In this document: positions 25,801-38,123 of the stretch, piece by piece
Layout: every line of letters begins with the position of its first letter
Numbering within the stretch: position 1 is the stretch's first letter
Program-made: the position numbers and the translations under genes
Assembly: GCA_964057225.1 (NCBI GenBank)
Contig: OZ059899.1
Location: forward strand, 15,004,001 to 15,068,000
Source: Auanema rhodensis
Taxonomy: Eukaryota > Animalia > Nematoda
Direction of reading: 5' to 3'
Length of the DNA: 64,000 nucleotides
The notes under the pieces: generated by a model
Told to the model about the DNA's origin: nothing
Seen by the model: only the letters and a program-made list of their open reading frames with translations
Database searches by the model: none

Positions 25801-28800
25801 ATCATAGATGATGAGGAGGTGTATGAGATACGATAGAGAAATGCAAAAAGCTTCTAACTTCAGCACACTACTACGGTTGTTTGTTCGTCCGTTTCTCTTC
25901 GTATATTTAACTATTTCGTCTTGTTGTTTCATTCATTCATCTAACTATCCTTCTATCCTCTCTCTCAATCCTGAAAAACGTAGAATGTGAGGGGGGGAGG
26001 TAGGAAAGGAGCAGACGATAAGCTTTGATGAGAGACTCTAAATCGCACATGCCAATAGAATGTTTTAGAAAACAGCATCAGCGAAACAGCGAAAGAGCAT
26101 GGCTGATCTGAAATCTCTTTAACTTGATCTACTCCACTATCTATCGCTTATCCTCTCATTTTCATCCATTGGGCCATCTAGTTCTCAACGCTAGTCAACT
26201 CTCGTGGCACAACCTATGAAGCCTCGTTAACTCGTTCACTCTCTGTGTTGATTTCTTCTGATCGGCAGAAGAAGTCTCTCCTTAACGCATGTTGTCTGAT
26301 ACAGATGCGGGGGAGAGGGTAACGCGACTAAGAGAATGAAGAGAGAATAGAAAGAGGTTGGAGGGAGATATCAGAATTGACGAGAGAAAGATGAAGCGAA
26401 TAGTGTAAAGTAAATAGAAGAGCCGAAGAGCAGAAGAAGAACAAGAAGAAGAAGAAAAAGAAAAAGAAGAGAGAAGACACACACGGCTAATAATTATTGG
26501 TTGAAAAGAAGAAAATGAACAACTATTGAACGTAGCAAAAATCGGGGATCTTATATATGACTAAATCGGCTTCAAAATTATCAAATAAGGACAATGAATA
26601 ACATGGAGCCTCAATAATCATTGTTGTAATTTAATTATTTCTATCTTCTTCCTATCTATATTTATGTACTTTTAGAAAAGCTTTGGTAAAAGAGAAGATA
26701 CAAACTACGATGAATCAAGGTGTCAAAAGCCTCAAATTTCAAAGAAAAAACAGAAACGTAAGAAAGAGAATAACACTAAAATGGAAATATAGGAATGAGT
26801 AGTAGAGGTTCGTAATGTGATGATGAGAAGCATCATACAGTCGTTACACGGTCGACTAATTCAAATTCCTATCTTTGCCTTGCTGGTAAACGAATGATGA
26901 CTAGAAGACGTTCTATGATATGGCCCACATGAAGAGAGTTATCTAGAGAGAGCAGAGAAAAAACACTTTTCAACTATATGAGCATCATAAATGGAATTGA
27001 TTGATTTCAAAATGGAATGTCATCTTAGCTGGCTGACAAACATGGTACAAGATAAGACCATTTCATGTTCAGATGGAAGGCAGACGCCGGCCAGCTTACG
27101 ATTTGATAATAATTGAATGATATCATATTTTGAAGGCAGGACACGTAAGTCCAATAAACAAACCTTATTTGCATGTGTATTGTGCTTATGGCTCTGTGAG
27201 CGTACGAAGGATTCTGAAGATCTGTTGCACACAAAAAGTCAGAAGAATTCACGACGTTACGACGAGTATGTAATTCATAAGCAGAATCGTTTAATTTGAC
27301 TGTCGTCATCGTAACCTCGCTAACTGCTTCTGAGAGAACTTGGAAAACGAACTCACCTCTTGGACCTTCTTCTCCTTCTCTTCGAGTTGGGAAGTGGCAG
27401 CAGCGAGGTCTTCCTGCAATTCAAATTCAATCATATATGACTTCGATGACATAACTAACCTGGGCCTTGTCGAGATCATTCTCGGTTTGGACCATCTTCT
27501 TTTGGGTATCACGGAGTTCTTCCTCGGCTCTCTCGAGCTTCTCAGTGATTTGGCGGACTTTTTCTTCAGCGGCATCGGCCCGATCGAGAGCGTTGTCCTA
27601 AATCGAATTCATTATGAGAATTACAGTTTACATAAGTTCAAAACATCGATATAAACTCATCAAAACAACGAATATCATATGTTCAAGTATTCTCAAATAT
27701 ATTTCCTATAATCATATGTTCATTAGAGCTTGTCAAGTTTTCAAGTTGGATTACCCTTCTCTGTTCCCCCACGAGAGTATTTCGTACGATTATTATTATT
27801 ATATGATGAGGTGCCAGTAAAAAGCCAACAACACTTTGCTTTTTCAAAATTTTAAACTTTTCTCTTCAAAAAACTTTTTTTAATTGTATCTTTGTCCCTG
27901 TTCTACCTTCATACAACAAAAGCTTCTCTTTCTCTCATTATTCTCAGAATTTCTGGTTGCCAACAGCAGTAGTTGAATTCACCGAAGGCAGGAGCAGATC
28001 CCGGGCAGATGGGTCCCAAGATTCATCCCACAGAAACAGAAAAGAGAGCGATAATGTAAGAGACAAGGTAAAGAAAGCAAGAGAGAGGGAGGAATGGGAG
28101 TGAGAGAGAGAACGGGAGAGAAGGTGGATGAAGAAGTGAGGCATAGATTATGTTGTAACGAAGAAAAGATTACAACTCGTAGAGAGTTATTTCTTCTTCT
28201 TCACATCCCCCCCATTCCCAACATCTCTGGTTATCTCTCTCCCTCCATCCTTTAAACTGCTTCTTCGTTTTTGTCGGATAGTCAGAACCTCTTGCAATTC
28301 CTTGCTATTTCTGATCATTTCCCGATCATCAGAGAACAGATCGCCATCTTGGTTTAACGATTCCCTTAGGTGGCAATCCTAACTATCTCTTTGTCTTTGT
28401 CTTTGTCTTTATCTCACCTTTCAACATTTCCCTTCCTTTCACATTAATATCTCCTTGTTTCTCTCTTTCTCTCTCTCTATGTCTTTACCCCTCTCTCTCT
28501 CTTTACTTCTTATAACCTTAATACTTTTCTTCAATGAATACTACATAAAGCTTAAAAAGAATTGTGATCAATAGGTTATAAATGGGACAATTTGATATAA
28601 AAGATGAATGATCATCCACTTTCTTCTCATTCAACTCATCAATAACCGTATATATCAACACGTTCTAAGGGCTCAAAGAAAGCAAAGAAATCCGAACTTG
28701 GTTTAGTAAAGGTTCTCAGCCCCTTACCCTCCCACCAATCACTCTTTCGTATATATTCTTGAAGCGTTCGAGTTTGTCCTGCTAAAAACATATTTTTCCA

Positions 28801-30105
28801 ACGTTTTCCCTCCCTCATCCCTTGGATACATCACAACGATAATACAACAAAACTTTTGAGATGGCTATGATGCCGTGAAGACGAAGTGCACACTATTTCC
28901 ACACAAAAACTATTTTACAGCTTTTGTGGTAGCCATTGAGCCAATGAGCTCCAGCAGTAGCACATCTTGAAAACGAAATTTCACGCATGTAAAGTTAGAA
29001 AACGGATAATTCCCTCTCTCTCTCACCCTCTCTCTCTGTGAGAGTACCTTCCTCATGACAAAGTCTATCAGCCAGCTGGCTTGTGTTCGTTGTGTATTTC
29101 TCTTTACATACTACAAAAATTATTTTTGAAGGAGGAGAAGCACGATAGCTATTCGCTTCCCATCTAGCGTAGGCGTTCGTATGTTTCTTGATATTATGAT
29201 CTCACAGAGACATGGAAGAGAGAGCGAGAGACAGCGGGCTAAAGATGTAACCAGGCTCATACACCCCAGACAAACAGAGAGGGAGTAATGGCTGTTGCCG
29301 TTGGCAGTACCGATGATAAAGAAAAGATGAGTTTGTGGATGTCTTAGCTTAAAGACTGAACATGATTCTCTTTCATTTCTATCTATCTCTCACTCTCTCT
29401 CTAGCATATCAAAACGAAAGACGACGTCGGTGAAAAGCAGACCCGGCAGGCAAGAGACACAGGGCCAACAGCAGCTGCTGAATCACAATCCGACACACAC
29501 ATACAAAAAAACCAGAGATAGGAAGAGAGAAACAAAAGCAAAATCAAGGACTAAATCGTACTAGGGCCATGTTCAGTAGACAATCCAATCAAAATCGGTA
29601 TTCTTGTGTGGTGCAAATGTTCAATGAAATCAAGAATAGAAGACCCCACACCCCTATATATGATTTGGCCAAGGTCTATCTTGAATAGTGATATCTCTTA
29701 ATGCTTATTAAAAACTTGAGAATAAACATTAAAATAAATTTAAAAGTTTTGTAAAATAAGTAGAAAATAAGCCGTTCATTGATAAACTGAGCATATTTCA
29801 AAGGCTATTCTGTAAGAGTACCGAAAATTTAGAAGTAAATTTCGGTCACAGTTTACAGAAAAATGGATTATCGAAAAATTACAGAATATAGTTTTGATAA
29901 AACAATTGCATTTCTGAATTTTTTGATTCTAAACCCTCACAAGCTCCCGAAAAATACTTGAGAATATTGAAAATACCGATATTTTTGCTTCAAAAGATAC
30001 AGAATGAAAAAAATAAAAGAAAAAACACGAAATCCCATATTTGGTATAACTTTCGCTGACCTTCTCGATCTTCATGGCCTGCATCTTCTTCTTAATGGCG
30101 TCCAT
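9379..30105 (-). CDS. lev-11: Tropomyosin gene, alternatively spliced (long isoform 284 aa)
   Basis: Exons 30105-30061 ([15 protein letters not shown]), 27597-27460, 27413-27357, 16124-15991, 14531-14414, 14014-13944, 12633-12495, 12204-12135 and 9461-9379 ([27 protein letters not shown]). All GT-AG and phase-compatible. Confidence 0.98.
10408..10490 (-). CDS. lev-11: Tropomyosin alternative terminal exon 9b-type ([27 protein letters not shown])
   Basis: TTTCAG acceptor, 83 nt, same phase and length as the other exon 9 variants. Confidence 0.9.
10959..11041 (-). CDS. lev-11: Tropomyosin alternative terminal exon 9a-type ([27 protein letters not shown])
   Basis: GTACAG acceptor, 83 nt, phase 1. 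Confidence 0.92.
12495..12633 (-). CDS. lev-11: Tropomyosin mutually exclusive exon 7b-type ([46 protein letters not shown])
   Basis: 139 nt, CAG/GT boundaries. Confidence 0.95.
12945..13083 (-). CDS. lev-11: Putative third mutually exclusive tropomyosin exon 7 ([46 protein letters not shown])
   Basis: Exactly 139 nt and same phase as 7a/7b; TTACTAACAG acceptor, CAG|GTTTCT donor; heptad a/d positions and E218 retained. Confidence 0.8.
13393..13531 (-). CDS. lev-11: Tropomyosin mutually exclusive exon 7a-type ([46 protein letters not shown])
   Basis: 139 nt, TAG/GT boundaries. Confidence 0.93.
14414..15447 (-). CDS. lev-11: Tropomyosin three mutually exclusive exon 5 variants (15447-15330, 15047-14930, 14531-14414)
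   Basis: Each is 118 nt, same phase: [39 protein letters not shown] / [39 protein letters not shown] / [39 protein letters not shown]. Confidence 0.92.
15991..16292 (-). CDS. lev-11: Tropomyosin two mutually exclusive exon 4 variants (16292-16159, 16124-15991)
   Basis: Each is 134 nt: [26 protein letters not shown]... and [26 protein letters not shown]...; separated by only 34 nt. Confidence 0.95.
16470..16535 (-). CDS. Candidate additional short first coding exon of tropomyosin ([22 protein letters not shown])
   Basis: TTATTCAG acceptor 9 nt before the ATG; phase-0 donor CTG|GTGAAA compatible with exon 4; [10 protein letters not shown] resembles [10 protein letters not shown] of the short-isoform N-terminus. 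Confidence 0.45.
17430..17585 (-). CDS. lev-11: Tropomyosin short (low-MW) isoform first coding exon ([52 protein letters not shown])
   Basis: 52 codons, GTAAGT donor, phase 0 into exon 4. CTTAG acceptor at ~17612 and a GCC|GTGAGT donor at 18044 suggest a non-coding upstream exon. Confidence 0.93.
19053..19089. repeat. (AG)n microsatellite
   Basis: Directly visible; a similar tract lies at ~22814-22843. Confidence 0.9.
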
Positions 30106-31381
30106 TTTGGCGGTTTGTTAGGTAGATTGGGGGTGCAGCTGCAAACGACACAAGCGGAGACACTGGTTAGAAACCGGGTGGAATAGCCGGAGGGCATCGG
30201 CAGCATCAAGCTCCGCCCATAGGCATCCGGAGTTTGTCTGTTACCCTATCTCAACTTCTATGCTATCTCGTGACCAGACATCCTGCCATACCGTATGCCA
30301 GTTGGCATCTTTAACTGTCAAATTCTCCACATTTACACAATCTTTTGCACCAAATCCATTTCTTCGGACTCTGGGTCCAACAGCCGTGCTCTCTTAAGCT
30401 GACTATCTATCTCGATTCTTTTTTCCCTGTATCCGTGCCGAAGCAAAAGAAGAAGAATAAGAAAAGTCTGAGGAGGAGAATGAGGAGGAGGTAGTGATGT
30501 TAGAGCTACTGATGTTAGGGAGCATCCAATCAGGCTCAGAACATCTTGGCTAGGCTTAGAGGCAACAGATAACACGGGGGTGGTTTCTCTGGTATTCTCT
30601 CCCATTTTTTCCCTTATCTCCATCTCCCTCACCTCTCTGTCAAGAAATACATCTACACAGCAATAGCTCGTGCACATTCGTCTTTCCAACTACGTTCTAC
30701 ATCTCTATCACTCTCCAGATTTGTTGAAACTCGGTGGATTATTTTCATCTCGCTACTTCTTCGAGCCTTCCTCCCACACCTCCGCCTCCTCAATATCTAA
30801 CCGTCTGGTTCATAGGAGCTCATTGGTCTAGATAGTGGGGGCTTTGATGAACAAGACCAAATTTCAGCACTACGTAAAATAAGAAAAGAATCGTCACTTT
30901 CAAGATAAGATAGAGGGAATTGGAGGGATATAGAGAGATAGAAGAATTAGATTGAAAGAGATAGACAGATGCTAATATCTTCAAAAAAAGAGGGATTTCG
31001 AGCTTCGAACGTCAGATGTGTCCACCTCAAATGTACGATTACTTCGAAACTTAATCAAATGATTTCAGAATACAGAAATATGAAAATAACCAGATACCTG
31101 TAGCCTTAATTACTTTGGAAACACACTAATCACAATTAATATTAAATACTTCTTATTTAATAAGCAAAACTTGAACATGATTCTTAAACTTAACATACTT
31201 AACTTGAAGATATATTTATTACTACAAGTGATAACTTGCTTTTTCTTTTTAAAATACAATACAAAGTATGAAAATAGAAGTAATAATTTCGATAAATAAT
31301 AAGTTGTTTCTATATTAAACCATATTGTGCAGCTGTTTACATCTTCTGAACTAATGTATATCAAGCTACAGAACACTATTT

Positions 31382-34300
31382 TCAACTTCTCTGATATTTT
31401 CTTCCCTAAAAGGTTGTTAATTACTTTATAAAAAGACTAAGAAGTATATAACTCTTACCAAAACATGACCATCTCCTTCAAAATGAAGCGGACGACAGAA
31501 TATCAACCCGGCTTGTCCACCACAAACAACTATCGGACTATAAGTTTGGAAATTACCTTCCATGAAATCAAATGTCAAAGACTTACTTTTCAAATTTATT
31601 TGTACCTACAGCGTTCAAAGATTCAATTCTAGAATCAATAGCTGCATATTCCATAAGTGAACCATCCTGAAAACAGAATTCATTTCAACTCGACATAAGC
31701 TATAGTTCGAAAAAGGCCAAACAACCCGAGAAACAATACGTCGTATGCGTAAAATATTGCGAAAAAAAACACGTTCGAAGTTTCAAATATGAGAACAAGG
31801 CATTACAGATATGGTGATTGTTCTGACTCAAGTGATGAGAATACCCTTCGTGAGCTGAGCAATATATTCCGTTTCAGTATAACACATTGCATATCACCAT
31901 ATTTGTACGATGATTCTCCTATTTTCTCTTTAACTCTCTTACTATCTCTTCTCTCATTTTCGCTCTCTTCTTATTCTCTATGTTTCTTCCTGTAAAGCGA
32001 GAGAAAAGAAATATTTTCTAGTACTTTATCAGAACAGGCGCGTTGCCACCTGCTTATAGGCCTCGATTCCTCACGGCAAACGCCTGACAGGGACTAACAC
32101 AGACAAACAGAAAAAGCTAAAGCCATCACAAAGATGTGTGACGAATACATGAACCAATACATACCTTAGGAACATCTGCTTGCATCTCCAGCCACAGATT
32201 TTCACAGATATCATCGTGAGATATTATGCTTTCTTTGATGTTAGTACTTTTCTCTTCATCGCTCGGCTTCATCAACCTTTTTCTGAAGACGTTCATTCAA
32301 ATTCTTTTAATACTAATTACGCTATCAAACCTCGTTAAGTGAAAAGATGTCTTCTTAAGACTGAACCCACAATCTATAATACTCCGATTGGCCGCCATCT
32401 TTCCATTAGCAGCAACTTGAAGCTAAAGCCATAGTAAAATTGTTCGCCGAACATACAGCAGATGACTAACCTGTCCATCAGCTCCACATGAGGCAACTAT
32501 ACCATTTATGGGTGATATAGATACATCCCATGTTTGCAAAAAATGGCTATAAAATCAACCACTGTTATAACTAATTTATAGCTTTGAGTCTCACGAACCT
32601 GTTCGCTAATGGAACAACGAAATACCCTTGTGATTGATTATCAGTAGATATATATGCTACTCCTGTTGTTTGAACATCTCCTGAAGCAGCATATTCAGAT
32701 TGGAATGCCAGCAGCCCTGGGAAAGTTCGTGGCTCACACATAACACGAGAACCTATACATGGTATCAATGCTCAGTCTGTTTTTTTTTGCGGTTTACATA
32801 CCAGCTGTTCGAACAGTTCCTTCTTCCAGTACACATTCCCAAGATCTTATATCATAAACTCTAACTAAGCGTTCTCGGAATGCTACCACCACTATAAAAT
32901 ATAGAAAAAAAGAATTACACTGTAAAAATCTAAAAATTACATTCGTATCCCTTTTGAAAGCAAACATCGATGGCAGGTGATCCCCAATCTGGATCTCGTA
33001 ATATGTGCGGTTCTTTAAAACTTGACGACAAGTCCCATGAAACTACTTCTCCTACATAGTAGTTAAACAGTTGTTATTATTTGTATGATGTAAAAAAATT
33101 ACCCGCAGCATTTGCAGCACAAACATGCTGAGATGCACCTTGTACACACCATGCAATCCGTACTATGGGGGGTTGATATGACTAAAAAATATAACAAGAA
33201 TTAAATAATGAAATATTCTGGAAATTACTTACTTCGCTCACCTCTGAGAGGTTATGTGAGTTGTTTCCAGCATTAACTTTTTCATTCGGCCTATTTTCCA
33301 CAGTGAGAATGATGTCAGGATTATGATAAACTACAGGCACATACTCACAATTCGCAGTATCAACACAATCCCTAGATATCCTGAAAAACATTTTGAATTC
33401 TAAGACAAGAAAGCCTAATTACCTATAAATTAAAACACATCCTTGAACTGTTCCTAATGCTATATATCCTATTAATTTATCATCTGAGTCAGTTTTTTTC
33501 CGATCTAGCCAAGTTCCGGATAAGATTTGACCGCGTTCTGATCGTAATATGAACCAAGGTTTGAAACCGGCCCTGAAAAAGTAAAATAATTTGAGATATG
33601 AATATGAAACTCAACTGTTTAGTAGAAGAATCGTGTGATAGTATCCAAAATTGGCAAAATCCGTAATCAGTTTTCCATGTCGGGGTTATTAAATCAACAT
33701 CACATTTGTAATTTAGAGTGAAAAATACTTCTTTTTCTTAAAAATTATATTTTATTATAAGATAAAATTATAAAATATGAAACATACTATCTTCAAATAA
33801 GTTAGGGGCAAATTTAATAGTATGCACAGGACCACCTACATAGCCGATTTTGGTAAAGCCTTCTTCGCCTTTTTCAGAATGGTCAATGGAAGTAGTTTCA
33901 AACAGTTTAAGCCTTTTAGCGCCTGGTGGGATACAATCTTCTGATGTAGCCTGAATTGTAATTAAAAGAATTAATTCATGATAATGAAACATACAGCAGC
34001 ATTCGGTGAAACATTCTTAAATGACACAGAAGTTTTACTTGTATCGAGGTAATAGCTAGGACTAAATGACAAATATTATTAAATTATAATAAAGAAGATG
34101 ACCTTACTTTTCAAGTTTGTCAGTCCATACATCGTTTATGTTTTTCAACGCATCACAAAGTTCTCCTTTGCCTTTGTCTGAGTCACTATACGATGCTGAT
34201 TTTGAGACGAAATCCGTATATCGTACCCAATCAGAAATACACGGAGGATTTGCTGAAATACCCGATTGAAGCTTCATAAATTATATCATGTCTCACAAGT

Positions 34301-35708
34301 TATTTCACTTTTTCGGAAACGGAAACGCAGGGCTCCCGAGGTTGACACCCGAACACGAGAAGATTCTGGCGGTATATATCCAGCAGATAAGGAAACTGGA
34401 GGCTTCCTTCGCCGACCCATTCGAGTAGCCTTAATTAAAAACAATGTTGTTCAAAAGTAGAATGAATAGAACATACAGACTCGGGAGTTTTTAATATGAT
34501 GGATAAGGCTTTCTGTGTAGCCACATCATCTGGAGTCTGAAATTCTTTACTAGTTGAGGGCTGCCCATTTGCATCCTGATATGAAACAATTTAAGAGAAA
34601 TTGCTTATAATGCACAGTACCTCTAAAGAATCATTACGATCAGTCCTATGAGCATCTAATGCTATTAAAACTTCTTTACGGACTATATCATTACTGAAAT
34701 AAATCCAAAACTGTGAATTAAGTTAATTCAAACTTACTTTTCGTAAAGTTCATCGAATTCTTTCTTAATTTGAATTTCTTCATGACTCAAACCACAAAAA
34801 TTCAAATGTAAGTCTGACTGATCTTGAGTTGTGCAAAAGCCGCATTTGTAACATTTCCATGGTCTTTCCTGTATTATATTATTGTTTAATAAAGTATAAA
34901 TAAAGGAAGTCACTTTCTCCTCAACATTGCACCTATCTAAATGATATTGAAGCCCATAGTGATGTGAAAATGTTCGTGAACATGATAAACAAGGTAGATC
35001 TCGAATAGCATGTAAGCCTTCTTTGATATAACGTGATTTAAGCTTGGGATCTAATGCGCGAAAAACGCTACTTCTTCCATTCTTAAGTTACAATGTAAAA
35101 TATTAGAAAAATTGAAAAGCAAACCAAAAAAGTCATATACATAGGCTTAATACACCGATTACAATGACTTACAGCATCACTCATAGTTGAAAAAGAAGTG
35201 CAAGGCTGAAATGAATAAAACTATTAAGGTATAAGGGTAGTTAGTACCTCATCATTTTCACCTTTAATGCTGAAGCAAAAATATGGTCCATCACCATAAA
35301 GCCTTTTCAGTGCTTTGAACTTATCTACATCATTTAATCGTACCCATAATGAAGGTTCTTCCTTAAAATATCCCAAATACTATTCTAATATAGTGAAGTT
35401 GCTAACCTTTAGCATATCAACTGAGTCTAATTCCAAGGCAGAGCCTTTCTTAGGTGTTCCTCGTTTGCAGTCAAGAGAAGGTAACCCTTTCATAACCAAC
35501 TAAACTATATACGTTACTAAAATTACAATTACATTCAATACCAGATGAATTGGTTTTCCATCGTCAATAAAATGTTCGTCATCAGCATCTTCTACTTTGG
35601 CAACGCTCTTACGTTTAGTTGTCTAAATTAGGCATTTAGCTATATTGTTTTTGCAGATTTTGTTACTGTAGTTGCACCTGAACTCCTTGTTCGTACAGTT
35701 CTACCCAT
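31382..35708 (-). CDS. GTF3C2: General transcription factor IIIC subunit 2-like protein (zinc-finger/AT-hook-like N-terminus, WD40 C-terminus)
   Basis: Multi-exon. MGRTVRTRSS start; CLSCSRTFSHHYGLQYHLDRC and WKCYKCGFC Cys/His motifs; basic GRRRKPP; GYVGGPVHTIKFAP; WDVSISPINGIVASCGADG; C-terminal VVCGGQAGLIF resembling the GGQSGLV terminus of TFIIIC110. Internal exon boundaries not all mapped. Confidence 0.72.
31806..31905. mobile_element. Putative 100-bp MITE or structured element in a GTF3C2 intron
   Basis: TA|CAGATATGGTGAT ... ATCACCATATTTG|TA: 13-bp terminal inverted repeat with one mismatch, flanked by TA. Confidence 0.4.
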
Positions 35709-36918
35709 TTCAAGCAGTCAGTACCGAACAGGACGGAAATACTTTCACCGTCACGATATTGTGATAAAAAAACTGGAAAAATCGTAGTAAACTATATATA
35801 GTGAAACAAGGCAATTAGCATTACATAAAAAGTTATGTTTCAACTTCAATTTCCAATCTTTATATTTCGAAAGCCAGGAAAACAATCATATTCAAATTAA
35901 CAATAAAAAATATTCAAACTGCGCGCTTTTGCTAAAAAAAGCTGTTGGCAATTCTCACGGCAGAGACGCAAAGATGGAAGGAAACCAACATGTCATTACC
36001 GTAATACCAAAGGAATGTATAATTTTTAAAACATACATAGCTATTAATTTTAAATCCTGTTTTTTTTATTCTAAATTATTGTATATTCATTCTAACTTAC
36101 GAGGAATTCATTAATTGTTCAATTATCTTTTTGAAATTGTTCATGATCAAAGCTGAAATAACGAAAATCAAAACTTGTAGCAATTTATTTGCTAGAACAA
36201 CCGCACTATATGTTAACCAGAGCAAAAATGAAATTCATATTCGAGATAATTTGAATTGCACGTGACGCTTTTGCATCATTTTCAATAATTACGTGAACGT
36301 GTAAATAGTCACCGTACATATCACGAAACTTTAGATGTCTTTTTGATATTCAACATTCCTTTTCCTTCGGCGTTAATTTTAATTTTTTAATATTAAAAAT
36401 ATTTCTTCCCTTGCCTTACTTTCTTTAATAACATTAATAATATTTTGGTAAATCATAACTGCTTTGTTATTCTTACATAAACACAAAGTCAAACTACAAA
36501 TAAAATTTATATTTAAGTTTATTTAAAATGATTTTCAACTTTAATTATACAAGTCGTAATTAAAAATTAAAAAAAAAAAAGTATTTATTGTTAACTAAAA
36601 CTTTATTAAAATTAATTGAACGAAAAAGGCAAGTCTTCTCTATTTGGAATTTTGTTCTTACAACTCTATGTTAAAAGATAAATGTGATTATTTTTAATTT
36701 TCTATCATTTAAGTAAATTCATGCGTAAATTGTATAAAGCGATGAAAAAAAAAGTAAGATCTAACACATTAATGTGAGCAAGAAATTCTTTGAACATAAA
36801 TCTCAATAAAAAAACATAGAATGTATAACAAAATACCATATAGGATCGGAAAGAAAATAGAATTATGTATATTGATACCATAAATAGCTATACAATATCT
36901 TAATTAGAATGGAATAAG

Positions 36919-38123
36919 TTACTTTGTATGAACAAGGTCAGGAGCTAAACCTTTTCTCTTGATGGCATCAAGAACATCATCAGGAATGGCATGGTTTTTT
37001 GTAGGAGCTTGTAATGTTTCACGTTGATTTGTGAAAAGATTTAACTGTTCCTGTAAGAAAAATCCCAATTAATTTAAAACTAAATCAAAAAACAACCTTA
37101 TAATGATGTAAAATATCTTGATCTGCGGGGCAACTTTCAATAAAAGCTGCAGTACGGTAAGCAGTAAGAATATAATTCCACAAGTATACAAGATTATGAG
37201 GAATTTCAAAACTACAATAAAATTAAAATAAAGATAATCAATAAATCACAATCTTACCTCAATAATCTCTGTCCAACTATCCTCATATGATGAAGACGTG
37301 GCATAAGTTCGCAATCATACTCAGTCATAGAAGTTCCAAGCAAATATCTTGAATTTCTTTCGAATAGAAGCTTGAAATGTTCAAAAATAGAATGAGAATC
37401 AAAATTGGATGTGAATACCTGATCAATACCAGAAAGTTGTTCAACAATTCTGTTATAATGTGTCTTAATATTAGGAGGTAATGTTTCAACTGGACTAGGT
37501 TCCTTCTTTCCTTTGTCAAAATCAGTTTTAGCTCTCAAGAACAGTTTGAAATTCTTAAAACAATAATTAATTTGAAAAAACTGAGGAAATATATAACTTA
37601 CTCTGTACAAGCTTTCAATAGTTTTTTCAGCAACAGGATCTTTTTCGAATAAAGGTACATTGAACTCTTTAGCTAAATGGAAGATTCTGCCTTCAATTTC
37701 GCGATTATCAGAATAAGTAATTCCCCTGAAAACACAATTTATATCCAGGATTTCACAAGTTTTGAGCTTACTTCTCTTCTTCGATCATAATAGGTGGTTG
37801 AGCCCCAAGGAAATTCTTCTTGAAAGCTTCAGAATTAACATTGACAGTTTTAACCTAATATTGAAAAACATCGAAGCAGATTCATTATGATGTTATTACC
37901 TCTACTCTTGCTACCCCAATCTCATAAAGAGCAAATAGTTCCATCCAGAATTCTTGACAGAACAAGCAAGCTCCAATACGTCTACTATCAATACCAGATG
38001 CCTAAGCATTCAGTTTCAAACGAGAATAAACAAATTGAAAAATACCTTGACATAGAGGTCAAGCAATGGTTTCTTCTGAAGATCTCCATTGCTGTTGGCC
38101 TGAACCTGATAGTCGTCAGCCAT
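36919..38123 (-). CDS. exc-4: Chloride intracellular channel (CLIC) EXC-4
   Basis: TTTTCCAG 5 nt before ATG. MADDYQVQANSNGDLQKKPLLDLYVK|ASGIDSRRIGACLFCQEFWMEL...FLGAQPPIMIE...MTEYDCELMPRLHH...FIESCPADQDILHHYKEQ...; stop TAA at 36921-36919. Confidence 0.95.
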
